This document shows, in pieces, positions 47,501-54,139 of a stretch of DNA of 64,000 bases. Positions within the stretch are counted from its first letter, which is position 1. Each line of letters starts with the position of its first letter. Source of the stretch: Pseudomonadota bacterium (lineage in GTDB: Bacteria; Bdellovibrionota; Bdellovibrionia; Bdellovibrionales; Bdellovibrionaceae). Position numbers and translations under genes: made by a program. Location of the stretch: contig JBEGVH010000040.1 of NCBI GenBank assembly GCA_041178425.1, forward strand, positions 32,001-96,000, written 5' to 3'. Below the pieces are notes generated by a model, which had not been told where the DNA came from, did not search any database, and saw only the letters and a list, made by a program, of their open reading frames with translations.

Positions 47501-48452
47501 TGCTCGATACTTTAATAATCCCAATTACAATGGGTCAGGCATCGCCAAGCGCCAAGGGCAAATGGTCATAGGCCATTATAATAGCCCCTGGAAGTACTTT
47601 GTCACGAAGGGTGAAAATTCTTGCGATAATAAGTCGGGTATGGCCTGTTACTTGGGGGGATCTCCCGACTCCGGAAACGGTCTCTATGGAGGTGGAAATT
47701 ACGCCGTCGTGGTGCCGGCAATGGGAGTGGATAAGGTCACTAATAAAAAAACGATCATCGCCACTACTCACGACTGGAGCTTTAATAATTACAATGATAA
47801 AAATAATTGGATCGGCTCGCACAAGCATTGTTTTATGAAAGCCATTCGTCTTCCAAACAATACACCAACGGGGGCGCCTATTGCGGCAGGTGCTGATCTC
47901 AACTCCTCGTTGGTGCAACACGTGATGGGGAGCAATGATCGTTGTGTAGGTTATGGTGGAAATGGCGAAGCTCTTCCGGCCGATGGAACAGTAATGACCG
48001 ACAATCCCAATTTTCCAAGTTGGCACTCAACAACGATTCCTCATCGTTTTATGACAGAGGGAAATGAAGATGCGTTGCTAATGAGTTGGCGAGGGTCGAG
48101 TCGAATCGTTAAGGTGCCTTTTGTTCGAAGCAGTGTGGCCGGAGTGGGTGAAGGGGTGATCACCGGAAGTGCGGCGACGGTAACAGTTGCGAATCTCCCG
48201 CGTGGTATCTTAGGATACAATTATCGGTTCTCTGGAGCGGGCAATATGCAATTCTATTATTGTGCAACAAATGGCCTCCTCTATAAGTACGAAGGAGGCC
48301 TAGAAACTCAATTAACCTTCCCAACGGGGTCTGGAATATCCTGTTACAACAGGGGTAAATCCATTGAGTGGAATAAAACAAAAACCGCCTTTTATTTTAT
48401 TTATACTCAGAACGGATTGACGGGAATCGGCGAGTATTACGTTGGCCCATAA
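44517..48452 (+). CDS. Large surface lipoprotein (1311 aa) with Ig-like and beta-propeller regions, adhesin-like
   Basis: Lipobox LVAC; VDNTAP, DMAGNVS, PGSIVVT, PYRIALDYKDRLLI, YFFDRGRIR; Gly/Asn/Tyr/Cys-rich. Confidence 0.75.
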   Translation: MMFAIRKMAYSLACLALVACSGQVQEGQHDMLYSILPPLPPTGDPGLNFPIDPELNVPGLNMKSFVGGEHIHWGTHKISWFLEPLDTKDEGMYSTQLEFSRDSGTTWTTIVESVPSVGAKLMSYDWVVGQDPEWEGINYRVRITTKNVYGVKYVKESESDFTVDNTAPNLVSDALKVNSKQSTLVPGQGWTKIEIERSYMSVDFKAEDALSPVSAYCIKMGSSVAPTENDECWKILNNMNIEPGLSVEVRGAPAFVGFVALNNELRVWVKDMAGNVSALYAGSGVYNKDRAPIVFNPALPPEVTNVIAANVVNPSVPPARGELTTGSGLNRIFIKWRIRPKGKGQLAATKGVKLEYTTDEETFLPVTEDELKDKDNSANGYCFSSGDTDIYSGCYTWVGSNLPTSYFRVRVVATNDVGLVTASSSDPLNSGSFRNIAGNTDPGIGNSAESAIYSYSGGGDSSWSNPGSIVVTRKGRIYIRDDRMGILVVDPADGVNRVFIKRGNTSLAVQPGEDVDVTQATTVPYRIALDYKDRLLILEKNRVRRVSENNIISTIIGIKPGPNGTIESGFARFKDNGLVSGDGKANWWEKKTDGTYKHLSPEGCFSVYTTPGIPAQYYDFTNTGAAQVMWPLPNGDIYFSSSNFWGQKVQSAADAAPYFAIYKENDLKGNPVKRVYPLRLCGLGLNDGIKQDPYYPYDDIYISSFPGINFNPYNSMVESFSLRVHKPVSGGAIYYGASFNPRSGRSRGANTIYPLPRSAAGNVTYWGAPALIPTRKGGLYFNHNYSSLAGTFKYNASYNQWEPIFKAWNNGQCYDGTKTNECYVDNLDVYVTEDNVTYFFDRGRIRAISNNKIKTIFGQSRKYGDGEVPSSARLNMVEYLGVWGNDNRIIVYDTREYVAREIRPGVSISRIMGSNGEGKCEVVNGEFSCTTGYYYWGSPNAVIGNQFDNNTKVGSLAMDASWWGIHYWDWATGFVVDRDNGDIYSYSGGGPFHGIARYFNNPNYNGSGIAKRQGQMVIGHYNSPWKYFVTKGENSCDNKSGMACYLGGSPDSGNGLYGGGNYAVVVPAMGVDKVTNKKTIIATTHDWSFNNYNDKNNWIGSHKHCFMKAIRLPNNTPTGAPIAAGADLNSSLVQHVMGSNDRCVGYGGNGEALPADGTVMTDNPNFPSWHSTTIPHRFMTEGNEDALLMSWRGSSRIVKVPFVRSSVAGVGEGVITGSAATVTVANLPRGILGYNYRFSGAGNMQFYYCATNGLLYKYEGGLETQLTFPTGSGISCYNRGKSIEWNKTKTAFYFIYTQNGLTGIGEYYVGP

Positions 48453-48462
48453 GGTGATTTAG

Positions 48463-48595
48463 GAGCGCCATCCAAGACTGACTCTAGTTCTTCGGAAAAC
48501 GAGTTCGGAGCGCAGCCGGAGGGAACTTGTTCCCGAGGGGAGCAGCGCTTGTTTGAAGTTTTACGAACAACTAGAGTCAGTCCTGGATGGTGCTC
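48463..48595. repeat. Intergenic cruciform / REPIN-like element
   Basis: 38-bp inverted arms (48463-48500 / 48558-48595, 4 mismatches) with internal GGGAAC-TT-GTTCCC hairpin. Confidence 0.8.
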
Positions 48596-49513
48596 TTATT
48601 CTTTTTTAATCGAGGTTTCGTCTTTCATTTTGATGCGTCCCTCGTCGTCTACATTAAATTGATAGTGGGTCTTCTGTTGCCCCGTTTTATTGAGTTTGAT
48701 CGTTGGCATTTTAATGTTTGAAAGACTGCTCACCAAACCGGTTTCGACGACGGCGTCGGTTAGGTTTCCTGTTTGATTGTATAAGGTCACGGTGACTTCG
48801 TAGTCACCAGGGGCTAATTTATTTGTGCTCCAGATTTCGGCGCCAGGCCCATAGCGAGAGTCAAGTACGAGTTCTCCTGCGGTGTCGGGGTACTTTCTAT
48901 TTTTAAAGTCATAAAGTTTACCAGAAGGTGTTTTGACCGTTAAGTCGATGTCGTGTTTTTCGGTGTCCCATTTGGTGAAAACAATAAGAAAATTATTCGA
49001 TTTAAGTTCTTCGAGTCGCTTAGCCAATTTCGCTTCGTCGGCAAGCTTCTTTTTGAGTTGTTTTTCGAGCTCTTCAATTTTTTTCTTGAGGGGGGCAGGG
49101 TCTTCAAATGCTTGTGTGGCGGCAATTTCGCGTGATTGAGTTTCGGTTTTGCTCGCAAGATCAGTAATCTGTAATTTTTGTTCCTCGAGTAACTTTTCAA
49201 GTTCGGCAATCTTATTCTCTAATTGAGTGATCTCTTCTTTTTGTTTGCTAACGGTGTCGCGAAGCTCTTTAAGTTCTTTGTCGGTGATTTTAACCATCAC
49301 GGGAGGAGCCTCTTTTTTTGCTTTGTCATTCATAGCATCGGCGATTTCAGCGAGGGCTTGGGCCCCATTGGGGTTTTCGGCGGCAAGAGAGTACATTAAG
49401 ACAAAAAAGCCAAACAGAAGTGTCATTAAATCGGAGTAGCTAACGAGCCATTTTTCATCCACATGAGGCGCATGATTGGAGTTGTGCGACGACTTCTTTT
49501 TGCTCATCCCCAT
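48596..49513 (-). CDS. MotB-like protein: MotB TM segment, coiled coil, YfaP/DUF2135-like C-terminal domain (no OmpA domain)
   Basis: WLVSYSDLMTLLFGFFVLMYS with Asp28; heptad stalk; KWDTEKHDIDLTVKTPSG...GELVLDSRYGPGAE...PGDYEVTVTLY. Confidence 0.8.
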   Translation of the reverse strand: MGMSKKKSSHNSNHAPHVDEKWLVSYSDLMTLLFGFFVLMYSLAAENPNGAQALAEIADAMNDKAKKEAPPVMVKITDKELKELRDTVSKQKEEITQLENKIAELEKLLEEQKLQITDLASKTETQSREIAATQAFEDPAPLKKKIEELEKQLKKKLADEAKLAKRLEELKSNNFLIVFTKWDTEKHDIDLTVKTPSGKLYDFKNRKYPDTAGELVLDSRYGPGAEIWSTNKLAPGDYEVTVTLYNQTGNLTDAVVETGLVSSLSNIKMPTIKLNKTGQQKTHYQFNVDDEGRIKMKDETSIKKE

Positions 49514-50388
49514 TAGGCACCTTTTTTCTTGTCTTTGGCACCCTTGAGATCGTAAACGCCGGCATCCATGGGCACCCCATAGACTTCGAAGAAAGATTGT
49601 TTGACCGTTTCTTTTAGTCGCATTTTTTCTTGAAAACTAACCTTGCTCTCGATGAGTTCAAAGATATGGGCGGCAGTGTATCCCTTTTTAATCATATAAA
49701 CGGTATCGATAATCATGTCTCTGAGTGACGACTGCTCTTCCGCTTGTCTCATGGCAAAATCGCTGAGAGGGAGCACCACAAAGTTTGCAACTCCAATTCC
49801 CCAGAATGTTGCGACAAGCGCGACGGCCATGGCTTTTCCAATTTCAGACACGCCACCGGCACCACCCACTTGTTGCATCATCTCAATCATCCCGGCAGAG
49901 GCACCAAGGAGTCCGAGAGCCGGAGGAAACTTGGCAATAGCCACAAGGATTTTGGCATCATCAAAGTACTTACTCACGACGGTTTCTTTTTTATCATGGA
50001 GAAGCTCCGAGAGTTGATCTTCGGTGAGTTCGCTTTTTGCGAGGGCGGCAAAGGCATCTTCGGCAAAAGGGTGTTTTAGTCGCGTTCGTTTCATCGGGTC
50101 GATGGCATAGGCGGCAGTTCCCTTAACCAGCTCAACAGCGACATCATAGCGTGTAATAATTTTTTTGCGAAACAAAAAGCCCATGATCACAAAGTCATAA
50201 ATATCTTTGAGTTTTGAGAGAGGAAACGCAAGAAATGTGACACCAAGTGTGCCAAGGACAACGAGCATGAGGGCGTGCGCATTCAAATACATTCCCGGGC
50301 TTGCAGCGTGCTTGATAACGCCAAAGTAAACAACGCCCGCAATGATGATGCCACCAATCCAATTGCTAAATCTATCGATTGATCCCAT
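49513..50388 (-). CDS. MotA-like proton-channel subunit
   Basis: ALMLVVLGTLG, FPPALGLLGASAGMI, MAVALVATFWGIGVANFVVLPL; stop overlaps the motB-like start (TAATG). Confidence 0.88.
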   Translation of the reverse strand: MGSIDRFSNWIGGIIIAGVVYFGVIKHAASPGMYLNAHALMLVVLGTLGVTFLAFPLSKLKDIYDFVIMGFLFRKKIITRYDVAVELVKGTAAYAIDPMKRTRLKHPFAEDAFAALAKSELTEDQLSELLHDKKETVVSKYFDDAKILVAIAKFPPALGLLGASAGMIEMMQQVGGAGGVSEIGKAMAVALVATFWGIGVANFVVLPLSDFAMRQAEEQSSLRDMIIDTVYMIKKGYTAAHIFELIESKVSFQEKMRLKETVKQSFFEVYGVPMDAGVYDLKGAKDKKKGA

Positions 50389-50474
50389 AGACTCCCTTGA
50401 GATTTAATTGTCTCGTAAAATCCTAGTTTTGTCCATGGATTGCCAATGGTGATTGAGGATTTTGGATGTTTATC

Positions 50475-51317
50475 TTAAGACCTTCGATAGACTTTAAGTT
50501 CTACAGACTCTTTGCTTGAAATGACGTGACGGGGATAATGGACCCGCGAAAGAAAGAGTCCAGATGGTCTTGCTGGTCTACCAATCATTCGACGGTTGGT
50601 CATCGACAAGAGTCGAGTGAGTGCTTCAGCAGTTTCCTGTTTTTCTTGAAGTCTGAGTTGCGTGCCTACGAGATTGCGAATCATTTGCCGTAAGAATCCA
50701 TTGCCAGTGATTTCGAAGACAAAAAGATTTTTATGAGGTTGAGTCCAGCGCGCGCGATAGATTTTTCTTACTGAACTTTTAGGAGGTCGACCGCCCACAG
50801 ACTGGAATGTTTGAAAGTCGTGTTCACCGATCAGAACTTTTGAATAACTTTGAAGGCGACGAAGGTTGAGCGGGCGTGGATACCAAAGTGTGAAACGGCA
50901 GTGAATAGGCGAAGGCGTCTCGTCGTTCCAAACATAATAGCGATACGTTTTTGCATAGGCCGAACGATTCGCATGAAAGGCAGAGGAAACGACCCAAGCT
51001 CTCTTCGCACTGATGGTGGGAGGAAGAAGTGTTCGAAGTGCTTCAACGAGCGGTATTGTCTGGGGGTCCTTACTCACAGAAAAATGCACGTTTTGATCGA
51101 TTGCATGCACTCCAGAGTCAGTGCGACTGGCGGCCACACAGTGAATGGGCTCTTTGTAAATTTTTGAGAGAGCCCTCTCGAGAATTGTTTGCAGACTCAC
51201 CAAATTTTTATATACAAGTTGGGATTGCCAACCACAGAAACTGCTACCATCGTAAGCGATTCGAAGGCGAACCCGAAAAGGATTTTGAATTTTTTGTAGT
51301 TCGTCCTTGTGATTCAT
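50475..51317 (-). CDS. truA: tRNA pseudouridine(38-40) synthase
   Basis: IAYDGSSFCGWQSQ, SRTDSGVHA, KTYRY, GEHDF, GNGFLRQMIRNLVG, GLFLSRVHY. Confidence 0.95.
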   Translation of the reverse strand: MNHKDELQKIQNPFRVRLRIAYDGSSFCGWQSQLVYKNLVSLQTILERALSKIYKEPIHCVAASRTDSGVHAIDQNVHFSVSKDPQTIPLVEALRTLLPPTISAKRAWVVSSAFHANRSAYAKTYRYYVWNDETPSPIHCRFTLWYPRPLNLRRLQSYSKVLIGEHDFQTFQSVGGRPPKSSVRKIYRARWTQPHKNLFVFEITGNGFLRQMIRNLVGTQLRLQEKQETAEALTRLLSMTNRRMIGRPARPSGLFLSRVHYPRHVISSKESVELKVYRRS

Positions 51318-51473
51318 TCGCAGCTTTCAAAAAAGTAAAATTCAACTTGATGGATTTGAAGAATTCCTTCAGTTTGCATCAACGCAGTTCTAGCGGTGTA
51401 CGATATTTGCAATTGATAGACAAAGAGAAAACATCCCCTATGGGCCCAGTTTTTATAATGGAAATAATGGATT

Positions 51474-53792
51474 ATGAACGGAGAAAATGTGAAACAAATA
51501 CGATTTTTGTCACTCTTTATAGTTTCGAACCTTATCCTCCAGCCAATTTTTGCCAAACCCCTTCGAACAAAGTCACAGGCCGAGGCTGAAAAACGGGCCT
51601 TTGTTCAAAACTTAATCAGTCAGATGACTCTTGAAGAGAAAATTGGGCAATTGACCCAGTTTTCGAGCGATATGGATCAAACCGGCGCCAACCTCCGGGA
51701 GCAGTACATTCAGGATATTCGACAAGGCAAAGTAGGGTCTGTTTTCAATGCTTATACTCCCCAGTTTACCCGAAAGTTACAGAAAATAGCCGTCGAAGAA
51801 ACTCGGTTAAAAATACCGCTTCTTTTTGCTTACGATGTTATTCATGGTCATCGAACAATTTTTCCAATTCCGCTCGGAGAGGCGAGTAGTTGGGATTTGC
51901 CATTAATGGAAGAGACGGCTCGGGTAGCGGCTAGAGAGTCGGCTGCAGATGGTCTTCATTGGACGTTTTCTCCGATGGTGGATGTGGCCCGCGATCCAAG
52001 ATGGGGAAGAGTAGCCGAGGGCACGGGCGAAGACCCTTGGTTGGGAAGCGAAGTGGCGCGCGCGAAGATTCGCGGATATCAAGGAAAGAGTTTCTCAGAC
52101 CCCAACACCGTTCTTGCGTGTGTGAAACATTTTGCTTTTTACGGAGCCCCTGGAGGCGGTCGCGACTACAACACGGTTGATATGAGTCGACGAGCGATGT
52201 ACGAAACGTATTTACCTCCTTATCACGCCGCGGTTCAAGAGGGAGCAGCCACCTTGATGACATCGTTCAATGAAGTCGATGGCATTCCTGCGACGGCCAA
52301 TCAATGGTTACTAAAAGACTTACTTCGCATCGATTGGAAGTTTAAAGGTTTTATTGTGACAGATTACACCGCCATAAATGAAATGGTTTATCACGGGGTA
52401 GCAGAGGACGTTGAAAAAGCGGCTCGCTTAGCAATACGTGCTGGTGTGGATATGGATATGCAGGGTGCGGCTTATTATAATTACCTTTCGGCACTCGTTA
52501 AGCAGGGGCGGGTTTCAGAAAAACAAGTCGATCAATCTGTGCGTCGAATCCTTGAAGCCAAATATGATTTGGGTTTGTTTAAAGATCCGTATCGCCAAGT
52601 CACCGAAGAACGAGCAAAAGCTGTTTTAATGAATCCACAGCATCTAGCTGTTGCGCGCGAAGTGGGTCGTCGATCCATCGTGCTTCTCAAAAATCAGGGA
52701 TCGGTTCTTCCTCTAAAGAAAAACAGTCGGGTGGCTTTGATTGGTCCTTTGGCCCAAAACAAAAGAGATTTGATTGGTAACTGGAGTGCCGCGGGTGATT
52801 GGGGCAAGGCGATCACCGTGGCGGAGGGCCTGGCGGCTAAATCAGATATGAATTTGCAAATCTCCTACGAAAAAGGAGCAAATATTGTTGATGATCCAAT
52901 CTTGCTCCGAAGATTGAACGATCATGGCGCTTTGATCGATACCGATGAGCGAAGCCCTGCCGATATGCGGGCCGATGCTGTGCGACTCGCTCAGGTTTCG
53001 GATGTCGTTGTTGCCGTTTTAGGTGAATCTCAAGCGATGAGTGGAGAAGCGGCTAGTCGGGCTGATATTGGCCTTCCGGCTAATCAACAGGAGCTTTTAA
53101 AAGCTCTGGTGCAAACTAAAAAGCCAGTGGTGCTGGTTTTAATGAATGGTCGACCGCTCACTTTAGAGTGGGAAAATGAGAATGTGAACGCCATTCTTGA
53201 AACCTGGTTTCTTGGAACGCAAGCGGGGCACTCCATTGCCGATGTGCTGGTGGGTGATTATAATCCGTCGGGAAAGTTAACAATGAGCTTTCCGCACCAC
53301 GTGGGGCAGATTCCGATTTTTTACGCGAGCAAAAACACGGGAAGACCGAGTGATCCTAAAAACAAGTACACTTCAAAGTATCTCGATATTCCCAATGAGC
53401 CCCTTTATCCTTTTGGTTTTGGTTTAAGCTATACCACTTTTGAGTATGGTGTTCCTAAAATTGATAATGCAAGACTCTTCAAAACGACGAAGACCCCCAT
53501 CCATGTGAGTATTCCAATCACCAATACGGGGAAGCGCGCGGGCACTGAAATCGTTCAGCTCTACATTCGCGATGTCTTTGCTTCGGTCACTCGGCCAGTA
53601 AAAGAATTAAAAGGCTTCAAGAAAATTCGTCTTCAACCCGGAGAAACAAAAATTGTTGAGTTTTCGATCACTCTTCAAGATCTCGAATTCTACAACCAAG
53701 ACCTTAAAAAGGTGTCCGAACCCGGCGAATTTCGTATCATGATCGGACCTAATTCCTCCGATCTCAAAGAAATCCGCTTCGAATTGGAGTAA
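51474..53792 (+). CDS. bglX: Periplasmic beta-glucosidase (GH3)
   Basis: MTLEEKIGQL, DVIHGH, RDPRWGR, CVKHF, VTDY, SGEAASR, YPFGFGLSYT, FN3-like C-terminus. Confidence 0.94.
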   Translation: MNGENVKQIRFLSLFIVSNLILQPIFAKPLRTKSQAEAEKRAFVQNLISQMTLEEKIGQLTQFSSDMDQTGANLREQYIQDIRQGKVGSVFNAYTPQFTRKLQKIAVEETRLKIPLLFAYDVIHGHRTIFPIPLGEASSWDLPLMEETARVAARESAADGLHWTFSPMVDVARDPRWGRVAEGTGEDPWLGSEVARAKIRGYQGKSFSDPNTVLACVKHFAFYGAPGGGRDYNTVDMSRRAMYETYLPPYHAAVQEGAATLMTSFNEVDGIPATANQWLLKDLLRIDWKFKGFIVTDYTAINEMVYHGVAEDVEKAARLAIRAGVDMDMQGAAYYNYLSALVKQGRVSEKQVDQSVRRILEAKYDLGLFKDPYRQVTEERAKAVLMNPQHLAVAREVGRRSIVLLKNQGSVLPLKKNSRVALIGPLAQNKRDLIGNWSAAGDWGKAITVAEGLAAKSDMNLQISYEKGANIVDDPILLRRLNDHGALIDTDERSPADMRADAVRLAQVSDVVVAVLGESQAMSGEAASRADIGLPANQQELLKALVQTKKPVVLVLMNGRPLTLEWENENVNAILETWFLGTQAGHSIADVLVGDYNPSGKLTMSFPHHVGQIPIFYASKNTGRPSDPKNKYTSKYLDIPNEPLYPFGFGLSYTTFEYGVPKIDNARLFKTTKTPIHVSIPITNTGKRAGTEIVQLYIRDVFASVTRPVKELKGFKKIRLQPGETKIVEFSITLQDLEFYNQDLKKVSEPGEFRIMIGPNSSDLKEIRFELE

Positions 53793-53911
53793 GCCGTTTG
53801 GGCCGAGGTGCCCAGCGCTTCCAGCTCGTCGGAGCCCGAAGCTCCTCTCCGAATCAGCGCCTCTACCCTCTCTCGATCACCGCCAATTAAACTCATCCAG
53901 TTATCCAGGAA

Positions 53912-54064
53912 GATTGTGGAAAGGGAATTGGATCAGAGACAGCGGGCGGAGGGCTCCGAATAGCCGGAGGCGTTTTCAAGGAGGTTAACCTCCTTGAAAA
54001 TTCGGTGAGGGCAGGAGCCCGTCCCGAACGACGCTGGCTCTGATCCAATCCCCCTCCCACAATC
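53912..54064. repeat. Intergenic cruciform / REPIN-like element
   Basis: 33-bp inverted arms (53912-53944 / 54032-54064, 4 mismatches) around a perfect 28-bp palindrome TTTTCAAGGAGGTTAACCTCCTTGAAAA (53973-54000). Confidence 0.8.
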
Positions 54065-54139
54065 CCCCCAAAGTTAGCAATGTCATCCCTGCTGGCGAGC
54101 ACATTCTTTGCAACCCAAATAGAGCTTGCGGGAGGCTCT

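Noticed and set aside
48596..50388. Zorya (ZorAB) defence system or ordinary flagellar motAB
   Set aside because: MotA has no long ZorA tail, MotB has no OmpA domain, and there are no zorC/D/E or flagellar genes nearby.
51029..51589. 186-aa plus-strand ORF overlapping truA and bglX
   Set aside because: Overlaps two well-supported genes and has no recognisable motifs.
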